Shown here piece by piece: positions 35,051-46,900 of a DNA stretch of 64,000 nt; positions within the stretch are counted from its first letter, which is position 1, and each line of letters begins with the position of its first letter. Where the stretch lies: contig PDIP01000048.1 in NCBI GenBank assembly GCA_002811645.1, forward strand, positions 1 to 64,000, written 5' to 3'. The stretch is from Corallochytrium limacisporum Hawaii. Its lineage: Eukaryota > Protista > Pluriformea. The notes below the pieces were generated by a model. That model had not been told where the DNA came from. It made no database searches and worked only from the letters and a program-made list of their open reading frames with translations. A program made the translations under genes and the position numbers.

Positions 35051-36502
35051 TTAAAGATGAGAGACCTTTCGTTGGTCTTCCACTTCTGCCTCCGGTTCAA
35101 CTTTGTACTGCGTCGGCAACCAGGACGGCCAGTGCTTGCTTCCATTCGAGTGCGTGATCATCTCCGCGATCGCCCGTCCTGCCATCGATGCCTGTGGCAT
35201 ACCGTGGCCGTGGTAACCAGCGCAAACGAAGAGTCCTTCCATCCGCGGCACCGGACCTACGGCAGGCAGAGCGTTCGGTGTGTAGGCCATTACCCCGGTC
35301 CAATCCGATTCAGCCTGTTCCAGGCCCCTGGAGGCATCTTCCGCTTCGCCTGGCTTGCAGAGATGGATGCCCAAGTAATGCCCGAGTGTGGCCCGCAGGG
35401 TGCAGGCGACAGCGTAGTTTGTGTCCACTCGACGGTCGTTTATGCGGTCAACCTCAGCCCCGGCACCAGCAGCTCTGCGCCAGCCGCCGTAAACCACGCG
35501 CCCATCGCGGCGGATAACGCCGTAATCATCACCGCCGTGGAAGATCAATCCCGGGAACTTTTCGTCGGAGTAGTTTCCTGTCAGAGTCCGGGACTCAGTG
35601 GCCAGCACCTGACCCCGCACCGGGACAATGCGGCGTTTTAGGTATGGCGCGAGCTGAGTACTGTAGGCACCGCATGCCAGCACAACGATGTCCGCCCGGA
35701 CCGTGCCACGGGAGGTCTGCATAACCCATCCGCTATTGCCCTCCATGTCCAAGGTGTGCACGAAGGTCTGCGTCCACAGCTGAGCACTACGGCGCTTTGC
35801 AAGGTGGTGCGCTTCCATTTTACAGTATTGTGCTCCGTTCATCTGCCAAACGTCCTCTTCAAGAATGGCACCCGACCAGTGGCTGGGATCCAGCAGCGCG
35901 TCCTTCATCGTTGCACGTTCAAACCACGCGCTCTCCCGCAGCCTTTGGACCACTTCCGTCGGACTGAGTACCGTCAATTTGGAACTCACGCCCTCTACGC
36001 CGTCCCTCTTCGCGCGTTGAATGGAAGCCACTGCCTTAGCGAATCCTTCCTTCTCTCGGGCCAGGAAGAGGCGCAGACCTCCACCCCGGCGAACGTTCTG
36101 CACCGACCCCTGTTCGAGGGTACGAGCGTTGCCTGCGACATCAAGCGCTGCGTCAAACTCGAGCTTCAAGAGCTTCCGAGCAGTTGTTGTTCCTAGAGAG
36201 TCACACCAATCATTGTAGACAGCCATGGATCGAGGCCACAGATGCCCTCCGTTGCGTCCCGTGGCTGCCCCTGCCGGTCCGCGGGCATCGACTGCAATAA
36301 CTTCTGACGTCGGGACGCCGTGGTCCAGCAAGTTCCGCAGGACGCTGAGTCCCGTGATACCCAAGCCGATGATCACAATCTTTGCGTGCTTGGGTAGGGA
36401 CTCAAATTCGTTGGAAATTGGTCCGCGGTAGTCACGGTCTAAAGCTGCGGCCTCAGACAGCCAGTAACTGCCCTGAGGTACGTTGTCAGGTCCTCCAGGC
36501 AT
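35051..36502 (-). CDS. FAD-dependent oxidoreductase (DAO/PuuB-like), PTS1-like C-terminus SHL
   Basis: 'IVIIGLGITGLS', 'ATGRNGGH', 'IVPVRGQV', 'WTGVMAYT' and 'CAGYHGHGM'. Confidence 0.9.
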   Translation of the reverse strand: MPGGPDNVPQGSYWLSEAAALDRDYRGPISNEFESLPKHAKIVIIGLGITGLSVLRNLLDHGVPTSEVIAVDARGPAGAATGRNGGHLWPRSMAVYNDWCDSLGTTTARKLLKLEFDAALDVAGNARTLEQGSVQNVRRGGGLRLFLAREKEGFAKAVASIQRAKRDGVEGVSSKLTVLSPTEVVQRLRESAWFERATMKDALLDPSHWSGAILEEDVWQMNGAQYCKMEAHHLAKRRSAQLWTQTFVHTLDMEGNSGWVMQTSRGTVRADIVVLACGAYSTQLAPYLKRRIVPVRGQVLATESRTLTGNYSDEKFPGLIFHGGDDYGVIRRDGRVVYGGWRRAAGAGAEVDRINDRRVDTNYAVACTLRATLGHYLGIHLCKPGEAEDASRGLEQAESDWTGVMAYTPNALPAVGPVPRMEGLFVCAGYHGHGMPQASMAGRAIAEMITHSNGSKHWPSWLPTQYKVEPEAEVEDQRKVSHL

Positions 36503-38737
36503 GGTAATCTGTCAATTGTCTATGGTTCTGACACCTGCTTTGCTAATTTGTGTTACTCACTGTCTCGCTTTGATGTTCTGTAGAGACAGCCGATGTGTTT
36601 TTAATTGTTCTGTTTGCTAAGAGTGAATTCTAATGTGGCAATGTCGTGTTTGACCTACTGCCGAGTCCCGAAGTGTCTTGCGAATGAGATCCACCATGAA
36701 GTAGCTTAAGTGGGCCTGGTAAATGATCTGGCATTTAAGAGACCACAAGGGACCTCGTTAAGTCACAACCAATCCACATACCCGTGCCCCGCCACACACA
36801 CGAACGCGCAAACGAACCAGAGACACACCGAAAGGAGACCGATGCATGCAACTGTATATCGCGGATGCGGCACCGAACAAACTGCACAGCTCCCCCCCTC
36901 CCCCCGGCCCCCCCCCCACGGAATCCAGACGCAGCGGGAGAGAGAGCACGGCCAAGGGGGAGGACTTGGATGGACCGAAAACAGCGGGGAAGGAACCCCG
37001 GTGCCTCCCGGTCTATATCGGGTCCGTTCTACCGCGCTCCGTTTCAGGCTCTGCCAAAGGGTCCAAAAAAAAAACAAAAAAAAAAAAGAATTTGGTGCAG
37101 TGGGGCGCTCCAGGAGCTATAACACCCGGCATTGTTCGCTAAAATCTCGCCTCGCTCGCCCTGAAGTTATCAATGTAACAGCAGCCCCGTCGGTCACACA
37201 CTGGACAACAACTAGCTCTACTCCCAGTCGGCCCTCAGAGGGGCGGCCCGGTGACAGGTCAGCCAAACAGAGGGTGTGATTTGGCGAAGCGGGTACACAG
37301 GTGTACTTCAGGTCACAGGCTCCACGGGGACAGCGTGACCCCGTGGAGCAAAAGGGGCTCTAGATACACGGGCCGTGGGGCGCTACGGAATAAAAATATT
37401 GCCAGAAGAAGACGGGTGAGATCGATGGATGAAGAGATGATGGACGGGTGATGATGATGATGGGGGAGGAGGATTCGAGGATCACACCGCTCCCACTCTT
37501 GATATGAGCACGGGTTCGGGTGGTTGTACGCCCTTGTCGCTGTGCCCTTCGAAAGGGAACAAACCCCACCTCTCTCTCTCTCTCTCTCACTTTTCTTTTC
37601 CTCCACGGCCTCTGGGAGGAGGGGGCAGGAGAGCAGCACCGCTGGGTCGTTCTCGACCACCTCCCCCCCGGGGGGGGGAGCATTTTTGCATTGTTAACAT
37701 TTTCCCAGGCATAGTCAGCTGAAATTATGAAAATCTGTCCCAGCCAAAACCATAGAAAAAGGGTAGGGCGCTGACAACAACAAACTCCCCCTTTCTCCCT
37801 TCTCATTCGGAGCCCAGTTGAGTAAGGCAGCAGCCCACTGGGGCAGCCTGACCGATCACGGGAGAAGGGAAGAAAGGGTGGCACTCAGCAAAACGGCTGC
37901 GCGGAGAAAAAAAAAGCAAAAGGGAAAAGGCCTTGCGGAAAAACTTCTGCCTCATTTAGACACGCCGTACCCTGGGGGCCCCGAACGTGTCCCGCACGGC
38001 TCTCTCTCTCTCTCTCTCTCTTGACTTTCTATGTGCCTGCTAACGCTTCCCCCCTCTACCCCGGGGACCTGCCTTTGCCGTCTGTCGCGCGCCCAATCTT
38101 TTATTACTTTCGTTTTTTTGTGCTTGTCTCTCCTCTGTTATGAACCTGTTTGGCTATCAAATCAGTAGTGAATGTACCGCACCCGCGCACCCACACCTTG
38201 GCAGTTTTCGTGGGCCCCGGGTCTGCTGATCGATGGGCTGAGAACGGCTTCTCTCCCCTCCAACCTTCCCTGGTGGAACTTGCTGCACTCTAAAAATAGC
38301 CACAGGCCGAAAATTGTCTTTTGTAGATTGATGGTGGGTTTGGTGCCCACCCCTTCTGTGCGCGCTTGGGAGGTTTTTTGGTGTGTGGAGTTCTGACCTT
38401 TTATCGAAATCAATTGGGATTTCCAATGGCACACTGCGGGGACAGTGTACCACCTTCATAGTGTTCATGACATCTCTGGCCGGGTGTCCTCATCTCTTCA
38501 TACATTGGCAGTGCAGAGGTTTGTAAGCTCTGTGAGACGCTTTGACAGAAAGGGAAGATGGGTTGCTCCATGAATGTTACGTATACATTTTTTATAGCTT
38601 TTACTTATCCGATGTGACGGATACGGTTGAGGGGTGGACACATGGACATGTGCGCACTACGGATAACCGTGCTTATGACGCTCAATGTTCCCGTGACACC
38701 CCTGGTGCCGTCAATTTATATCTTCCTCATACATCAC

Positions 38738-40705
38738 CTAATCAAAGTCACGGTTACGCAATGCGTCAAGTGCCAAGAATGCGGTCATAACCTGACGGTC
38801 ATTGAATGTCCGACCAGAGAGAGCTTGCTCCGCTGCGATGGAATCTTCCACACGGCCAAAGTGTACAAAGACTTTACCCATGCCAGGCACGTGAGTGCCA
38901 TCATCCGAAGGCTTCGGGATGACTACGTCGATGACCTGCCCGTACCGACCACATTCCTCCCGGATGTCCTCCACAATGTCCTCATATTCTTCCTGGTCTC
39001 GCAGCTCGTCCTCTTGCACCATGTTCATGAGCACCAACACTTCGGTCGGACTGGAAGCTGCCTTCGAAGACACATCTTCAGGGCCTGGTCCATGGCCACT
39101 GCTGCTCGTCGGCAAAGGCCGTCCCTCAACGTACGCCCGTATGACCTCAAGGTCAAGTGGGAGCATGACTGGAGGCCCGACCTTCCTATCCGACTGCCGC
39201 CCTACTGAAGCACGCTGCACGACCAACTGCCGCTCCCCAAGGTCGATGCCGTTCATGCCCCAGATCGCCATATCTGTGACCCCCTTTTCGGCAAATTCAG
39301 CGAAACAGTATCCCTTGGAAAAGCCAGAGTTGGGATCGGACATGAGCGTGAACCCACGAAGGGGTCCAAACTGCTGCAACAGTTCCTTGACCTCCTCTGC
39401 GGTCCAAGCTGTGGGTAGTCCACCAATGAAGAGCTTTTCCGGTCCATCCATAACCTGCGTACTGATGACACCCTTGACCTGAATCTGTTTCGGGTTGCCG
39501 TGCTCTGGCTTCCAGACGTAGTCTTTCGGACGGCGGATCTTTAGGCCATGTCCTCGGAGTTGAATGCCATCCAGGGCCATGGCATATGTCGCTTCGGGTG
39601 CTTCTCTGAACTCCACAAACGAATATCCCTTGTCCCGGTTAATCTGAGCAGCAATGGCTGGACCACCCGGTTGTGTGGTCAAGTTGTGTTTCTCCATGTG
39701 TGTGTTCAAGAACATAATCAACTCCTGCTCGGTAATATTATGGGGCAGTGATCCTACGTACAATCTGCGCGCCTGGCGCTCCTCCTGCGGTTCCACACTG
39801 CTCTGGCGAGTGCTGGGATTACCATCGGATGCCATAGACTGGCGCTTGGAGCCCATACCACGCCCTCCTGGTCCATGCCCACCGTCCTTGCCACCCGCCC
39901 CAGACCGGACCTGGGATGACTGGGCCTGTCCCACAGCCCCAATACCAATGGCAGGAAGCTGGCCATCAGCGACCATTTGCTTGTACTGCTGTGCAGTGAT
40001 GGTGTCAAATCCCTCCGGAGGGACATCCCAGTACTTGCTCTCCTTTCGGCGCAGCGTGGTCTTCTTCTTCTTGGGGATTCGGAACTTTGACGGAGAAACC
40101 TCGCGTTGGGTTTCAGCAACAGTTTCTTCTTCCTCTTCGACCTTATCTCTTCCACGCTTTTTCAGTGCCTTCTCCTGCGGTTCTTCCGGGAATGATGCGT
40201 CTTCCTTCGGCTCCTTCCCAGGTTCCTCAGCTGATTTGACTTCTGCCGATCCTGTCTCAGGTTTCCGATCTTGAACGTCATCTGGTGCCTTTTTTTCATC
40301 TTCTTTATCATCATCAGATGTGGTAGCCTTCTGGGATGTTGCGAGTTTGCTACGTTCTTCTTTAAGATTTTGTTGTATGTCCTCGTTTTGCGTATCAGTA
40401 ACAGGCGATGGCACTTCTTCCTTGCTTTCCTTCGGTTCTACCTCTTTCTGTTGGTTACTGCTGTCAGCTTCGCCTCCACTGGCTACTCCTGGTGCTTCTG
40501 CAGGTGCGCTATTAGCCTCTTCAACTTTCTGGTCTTCGCCCTTGCCTCCATGCACTGCCATATACTCCTGAATGCGCGAGATCATGTCAGCTTTCCGACC
40601 ACCGGCGCCTAAACCAAAGGCCTTAAGATGGACTCGGAGCTCCGTAACCTTGAGCGTGGTCAGGTCTGAGATGCCCCGGAGGGTCTCCATCGCCTCTTCA
40701 GCCAT
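38738..40705 (-). CDS. U2AF2: U2AF large subunit (U2AF65)-like splicing factor with N-terminal SAP domain
   Basis: ULM 'KYWDVPPEGF', RRM1 'ARRLYVGSLP...KIRRPKDY', RRM2 'KLFIGGLP...SKGYCFAEF', UHM 'PTEVLVLMNMV...YEDIVEDIREEC...GKVFVHF'. Confidence 0.92.
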   Translation of the reverse strand: MAEEAMETLRGISDLTTLKVTELRVHLKAFGLGAGGRKADMISRIQEYMAVHGGKGEDQKVEEANSAPAEAPGVASGGEADSSNQQKEVEPKESKEEVPSPVTDTQNEDIQQNLKEERSKLATSQKATTSDDDKEDEKKAPDDVQDRKPETGSAEVKSAEEPGKEPKEDASFPEEPQEKALKKRGRDKVEEEEETVAETQREVSPSKFRIPKKKKTTLRRKESKYWDVPPEGFDTITAQQYKQMVADGQLPAIGIGAVGQAQSSQVRSGAGGKDGGHGPGGRGMGSKRQSMASDGNPSTRQSSVEPQEERQARRLYVGSLPHNITEQELIMFLNTHMEKHNLTTQPGGPAIAAQINRDKGYSFVEFREAPEATYAMALDGIQLRGHGLKIRRPKDYVWKPEHGNPKQIQVKGVISTQVMDGPEKLFIGGLPTAWTAEEVKELLQQFGPLRGFTLMSDPNSGFSKGYCFAEFAEKGVTDMAIWGMNGIDLGERQLVVQRASVGRQSDRKVGPPVMLPLDLEVIRAYVEGRPLPTSSSGHGPGPEDVSSKAASSPTEVLVLMNMVQEDELRDQEEYEDIVEDIREECGRYGQVIDVVIPKPSDDGTHVPGMGKVFVHFGRVEDSIAAEQALSGRTFNDRQVMTAFLALDALRNRDFD

Positions 40706-41602
40706 GATTCCTGAGTATGTGATGTCCTTTGATCTCTACGGTCTATTCTTTCTTACATGGCTGTCAAAAAAGTCCTCGGCAATTCGAACAAAGGACGAGC
40801 CCAACCGATGTATGAGCTCAAGACAAAGTGCCAGTTTCCGAACTCGTGACGTACAATAATCATCCACGTATGGTATGTTCTCAAATATTGAAAGGCATGT
40901 TCCAAAGTACCACCCGCAAGGTCAAAAAGCAAGTGCTAGCGCCTACACACTTACGTTATGGAGCACATTGAAGAAAAACGGGACGGACGAGAAATGTGGC
41001 GCAAAGTTGCACTAAGGACTCAGGGTGCCAACACCGGTGCCCCCCCCCTCCCCCCTTGAGAACGCTCCCTATACTCAGTTAGCCACGAGGGGCTGGGACG
41101 AACACAACGCTTTTCCCGCATCTCCAGGGTCGGGTGACAGTGGACCTAACGGCGCCCAGGAAGCCAAAAGAGAAAGCGGCGAAAGTGAGGCAGGCGGGAG
41201 AGGGGCAGCGCGAGACCCCCGGGGGTCCATTTTCCAGCAGCCCTACATTACGTTCTATATTTCATATCCGGATCAATTTCTAAAATGCCTCCTCTCCCTT
41301 TGATTGGCCGTTCACGGGCGCAAGAGCAAAAGGGGGCCCAATATTAGAGTGGGGACGGGTCACAAAAGGCAAGAAAAAAAAACTTGGCCCCCCCTCCCCG
41401 GGGAGAGGAGGGGGCGTTGGGGGTTGGGTGCACACCGTACCAAACAAACAGACGGAAACCGGAAAATAAATAAGGGCAAAGCAAAGTGGAAGGGGCCGCC
41501 CCCAGCTCACCGCAAGAAGGAAAAACTGCGTACGGCTTCGTTGGACTTGTACTTTCTTACAAACTCGGAGCACACACACACCCACACACGTACTCTCTCC
41601 CT

Positions 41603-41690
41603 CTCTCCCGCTCTCCCGCTCTCCCGCTCTCCCGCTCTCCCGCTCTCCCGCTCTCCCGCTCTCCCGCTCTCCCGCTCTCCCGCTCTCCCG
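41603..41690. repeat. Perfect tandem repeat (CTCTCCCG) x11
   Basis: Counted directly from the sequence. Confidence 0.95.
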
Positions 41691-42535
41691 CTCTCTCCTT
41701 TTTTTTACAAGGAGTTCAAATGTTTCTTCCCGGGTGGAACGGCATGGGAAATCGCACACACCAACTGCAAAGAGCGGACACGGGCCCTTTTGCCGGGGAG
41801 AAAAGGGGGGGGGGTGTTGAGTGGAAGTGGGACTTCACCAGGCAAAAAAAAAAATAAGAAAGAAAGAAAAAAAATGGGGGAGAAAGTTCAAAGCCTGCGG
41901 GGAGGAGAGAGAAAAAAGGGGGAAGGCCTCCCCCAACGCCCATCCCTCCGTAGAGGAAGGCCTAGTAGCGGGACCGTAACCGGGGGGGGAAAAACGAAGG
42001 AGAGCCGTAGCGAAACTGGAGACCGTGGGGGGTGAGCAGGGGACCTGGCGTACGAGGGGGAGCCCTTGGAATGTTTGGAACTTCCTCGTTGGGATATGCA
42101 TAGTAAATGAACCGGAAAATCAGACTAACGCGGGACGAAGGGGAGCCGGGGAGGAAGAGGGAGGGTGGGGTAACTGTGCCTTGGCACGTCTGGACCAGAA
42201 GGGGGTCACAATAGGGACACTTGTCTCCGTTTTCAATCCATTCGACCATTGGTATTGTTTGGGGGTTGCTGTTTCATTGTTTTGTTGGTCTCGGAAAAAT
42301 CAACGGGTAATGGGATAAATCGAGCCAGCTGCTGTACTTCTATCAGCGGTGAGTCAATGTTGTTTCAAGTGTTCTCACTCCCGGATCGGGTACTTGAGGA
42401 ATTCCAGACGAAGAGCAAACCAGCAGGAGTCGTGGTGTTGTGCAGGGTAGACGTTTGAATTGCGAGCGACTGATCCATTCTGCAATCCTAATCACCATGT
42501 GAGACAGGGAGATAAAGCACAAGACTGCCAGAACC

Positions 42536-43777
42536 ATGGTGAAATCAGCCATCAAGGGCAAGGCCTCCGCGTGGGAGCGGAGGTTCTTGGACGCGGCTAA
42601 AATCGGAGATCTCGATACCCTCCAGCAGCTTTACGCCAGCACTGTCGGTGATGATGATGCTGAGTCTGAACTGAACTCCAGCATTTCGGGTGGGTTTTCG
42701 AATAGCAGCAACAACAGCAATAGATCCGGCGCGGGCGAGCTTCGCAGCAGACTGAGGGCAATGGTTGTGACAGACCCGGAGAACCATGCCAACACTGCGC
42801 TCCACTACGCAGCAGCCCAGGACCACAGCCATCTATTCCATTTTTTGATCAAAGTAGTTGAGATTCCAGTGGATGCCAAGAACGCCCACGGCTTTACTGC
42901 GCTGCACTGTGCCATTCAGAATCGTCACCCTTCCGCTGCTCGGGAGCTAGTGGATGACTACGGGGCCGACTGGACTCTAACTACGACCTATGGACACACA
43001 GTGCTCCATCTAGCTGCTCAGGCAGGTGATAGTGAGAGCTACCACTGTTTTCGTAAGCGCTGGAAGGTCGATCCCTCGGTCACGGACATGGCAGGACTGA
43101 ACGCCATGCACCACTGCGCAAGAACGGGAAACGTAGAAATGTTTGATCTGGTACTGGAGCTTGGAGGCCTAGACATTAACAGTCAAACAGGATCGGGTAC
43201 GACGTGCCTGCATATCGCCGCATCCCTGGGTCACAAAGATTTGCTTGAGTATTTACTGGGGCATCCAGAAGTTAATGTGGGATTAATGAATAGACGACGG
43301 AAGACTGCACTGGATGTCTGCACGCGTGACCCGGACCGATACAAACGTGCGTCGACTATCGTGCAGAGTGGAGGACGCCTGGGGCTGGGATTGAATGCAT
43401 CTTCTTTATCTGCGGTAGATGCCGGAAGCATGCCTCCAACGCCGGGAAACCTGTCAATGGTTGGAAGCGATGACGACGTACTCGATGATACCGGTGTGGA
43501 GGCACGGAAGCAGTCCGCACAGGAATTGGAGATGATTTTCTGGGATTCGGGCACTTACATTCGGTACCGCATTAACCAGCTCGAGGAACGCGTCGTGCAG
43601 CAGCGGCGGGAACTAAACACCATGAAGATTGTGGTTATCTTTCTGCTCTGCGTGGTGGCAGTCGTAGTTGGAATACTAGTGGCAATCTTCGCGCAGGTCT
43701 GGCGGTCGAACGAGCGGACGTTTGTGGCCGGACTACACTATTCGCGCGCGTTTGCGGATTCGGTCGCAGATTCGTGA
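42536..43777 (+). CDS. Ankyrin-repeat protein with C-terminal coiled coil and single TM anchor
   Basis: About 5-6 ankyrin repeats ('NTALHYAA', 'GFTALHCA', 'GHTVLHLAA', 'GTTCLHIAA'). Hydrophobic 'IVVIFLLCVVAVVVGILVAIFA' near the C-terminus. Confidence 0.88.
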   Translation: MVKSAIKGKASAWERRFLDAAKIGDLDTLQQLYASTVGDDDAESELNSSISGGFSNSSNNSNRSGAGELRSRLRAMVVTDPENHANTALHYAAAQDHSHLFHFLIKVVEIPVDAKNAHGFTALHCAIQNRHPSAARELVDDYGADWTLTTTYGHTVLHLAAQAGDSESYHCFRKRWKVDPSVTDMAGLNAMHHCARTGNVEMFDLVLELGGLDINSQTGSGTTCLHIAASLGHKDLLEYLLGHPEVNVGLMNRRRKTALDVCTRDPDRYKRASTIVQSGGRLGLGLNASSLSAVDAGSMPPTPGNLSMVGSDDDVLDDTGVEARKQSAQELEMIFWDSGTYIRYRINQLEERVVQQRRELNTMKIVVIFLLCVVAVVVGILVAIFAQVWRSNERTFVAGLHYSRAFADSVADS

Positions 43778-43991
43778 ACGATGACCATGAACACCAACAA
43801 ATCAAACCTTAATCAAAACTACTAGCGTTGTCAATTTATAAAGAAATTTCGACCATCTTACAATGTCATCATCAATCATGGCGTGTAGACTGCGTGTTTA
43901 TTATAAGTGCATGTTTTTATGAAGTTATGGAGAGAATGGATCAAATATGTTTTGCAGAGTTGTTTTGAGGAGAAGAGGTGCTGTTGAAAGG

Positions 43992-46900
43992 TTAGTCTGA
44001 CGCCCAATCAATCAGGGGTTCGTCACTGTCTCTGGTGGTATGCTCACCACCGTTTGTGCCATTCGACAGCAACGAATCCGGCGTCGTCAGCTGCAGAGAC
44101 CTGCGTTTGCGATACTCCCGCGCGCGTTTCAGGCAGGCCTTGAGCGTACCCAAGTCGATGGGCTTCGGCACAAAGTCGTCCATGCCGCACTCCCTGGCCT
44201 TCTCCTCGGTATCAGGTCGGGCGTCTGCGCTGAGGGCGACAATGTACGGTCTCTCTGAGCTGCTCCGCCCAAAGTGCGCATTCATGCGCCGACTCGACGA
44301 ATAGCCATCCATGACGGGCATGCATAGGTCTATAAGCGCACAGTCGTAATACTTGGACATGGCCATTTCTGCACCTTCTGCGCCATTATTGGCGATATCA
44401 TATTTGTGGTTCAGCCTATCCAGAAGACGCCTCATCACCTTCTGATTAATCTTGTTGTCTTCGACCAGAAGAATCGTCATACTCGAATCTTCTGAGACCA
44501 CGGAGCCCGTTGACGAGTCTCTTGTCACGGAACTCCGTTGGCTCGGAACCTGGACGTCTTGCTGCTTTGCGTCATCCAACCGGTTCACATTCATGTTGAG
44601 CGAGGACTCTTGGCATCTTGGGCACAGAGAACTCAGCTCGTTGCGGAGCGTGGAGATGAGCATGGGCCTCATGACCAGAGCACGGTGAGGACAGTCGGCT
44701 AGCAGTGACCGTTCCTTGGAGGGATTGCCGGAAAGGAATATGACGATGAAATGCTGATTCCACCAGTGGATATTTTTCATCGTCTCCGGAGTACTGAGCT
44801 CAATGTCAATCAGAGCAATCATTGGCAACCTGCGTCCAGCGCGTTGCGTGTCCAGCATTGCACTGGCAGCGTCCTGCAATTGCTTGAAGTACTTAGTCTG
44901 GTTGATGCCACACAACCGCAGAGAGGCAGAGTAGTCCTCGGCTTCTATCTCGGACGCAGTGACGAGAATGGCATAATCCTGGAGCAGCGTTGGGTGGCTG
45001 CACCTGTTTTCACCACAAGCCCCGTATTCCTCAGGAATCTGAAGATTTACCGTAACCGTAAACTCGGAGCCCCTGCCAAGCTTTGACTTGACCTCAATCT
45101 TACCTCTCATGAGCGAGACGAGCTTCTTACAGATGGCTAAACCGAGGCCTGTGCCACCATACTCGCGTGTGGTGGAGCCGTCGAGTTGACGGAAGGACTG
45201 GAAAAGGGTGGGAATGGAATCCTCGGGAATTCCGACGCCGGTGTCAGATATGCAAATTTTCAGCGAGCAGTAGCGATGCCTAAGGTCGCTGTAGCGATTA
45301 TTATTCGAGCCGGCTTTGTGCAATTGGCCGACACTCTCATCGAAGAACGAGCTGCAGAAATTTGCTGCATCGGCACAGGCCAATTCGTACTCATCGGAAC
45401 TTATCTCACGACCGGTGACGTCAATGCGGACATGGCCCTTGGAGGTGAATTTGATGGCGTTACTAGTCAGGTTGACCATCACCTGTCGCAAACGTAAGCT
45501 ATCACCTTGCAGGATCTGTGGCGTCTGGGGATCAATGCGGTAACGCAGGGCAATCTTCGAGTCGTACGCCGAAGAGGCGAAAAGACTGATGCAGCCTTGC
45601 ACACAATCAACAATGTCGAAAGGTGAGTTCTCGAGCTGGAAGCTGATCGACTCGTACTTGCTGAAGTCCAGAATGTCGTTTAGAATGCTCAGCAGGGTCT
45701 TACTCGAGCTCTTAATCGTTTCAAACGTTTCCTTCTGTTCCGCTGTCATCCTTGATGTGTCCAGTACGGAGATGAGAGCAATGATGGCATTCATGGGTGT
45801 ACGAAGCTCGTGGCTCATAACAGCCAAAAACTCCGACTTGAGCTTGGTCTTCATTTCGGCCATAATCTTGGCCTCTTGCAGCCTGTGGTTCATCATTTTT
45901 TGATTGGCCAGAATGCGCAGGTTATTCGCTTCCTTGCGCAGCTGGTACGCCTGTTCCAAGGCAATGCTGATGGTGGTGGCAGCCTCTATGGCTATTGTGG
46001 CCTCCGGTCCGCCAATGGGCCTGTCCGAGTACAGAACAATGATCGCGTCATTACCGCGTTCCCAACTACCGTTTATGTCACTATCCGTGTTTGCCGATGT
46101 GTCGTCATTGAAGGGACGGTAGTGCAAAAGTATGGGTACACAGTGCCGGAATTCCGACCGTATTAACTGTCCCAGACCAGCCGTTTCGTTCAGATTCAAA
46201 AACTCTGCCCCCGCAGAGTACGGCAAATCGCGACCACTGGTAAAATAGTGCGGCAGAACCTTCGGCACCGGAATATTTCCCGCGACTGAGTATTTGTGCT
46301 GCAGCTTAAGCACCTCGCCCTTCTCACATTCGTCCAAGGATGGAAGGTAAATGGAGCACATTCCCAGGTCACACAGGTCGACAAATGCTTTGGTGGCCCG
46401 TGCAGCTACAGTACTGACCTTAATCGACGAACGAACCGTGTCGTTGAATTGCTTGAACTTGGCAAACCGTGTGTTTTCTTCTTTGAGTGCTTTGGTGACC
46501 TCCAGACGGTTGCGAACTTCATCCTCCAGGGAGGTCAGCCGAGCAGGGAATTCAAGGATCTGTGGAATGACCCGAGCCATGGCTACTGCCGTGACAACAG
46601 AAATCACAGCAGTTGCAACCTTGCTGGCACCGCTATAGGCAAAGCGAGGTCGGTCCAAAAACTCCAATGCCATCATTAAATGACTCAACCCGCAAGCGAG
46701 AATGAAGGCTTCGAGTAGACCCACGACATACCGATACGGAAAGTTGCCCAAGTGTGCCATGAAATACATAATCTGTGCGGGAATCGCAAAATATGAAAGC
46801 GCAATCAGAACGTCCGAAATGAACACGGTCCATTGCATTGCATCCGAAGAGATCGGCCCACCGTAGAGTACGGCTGGATCTCCCGCTTCCATAATATTCA

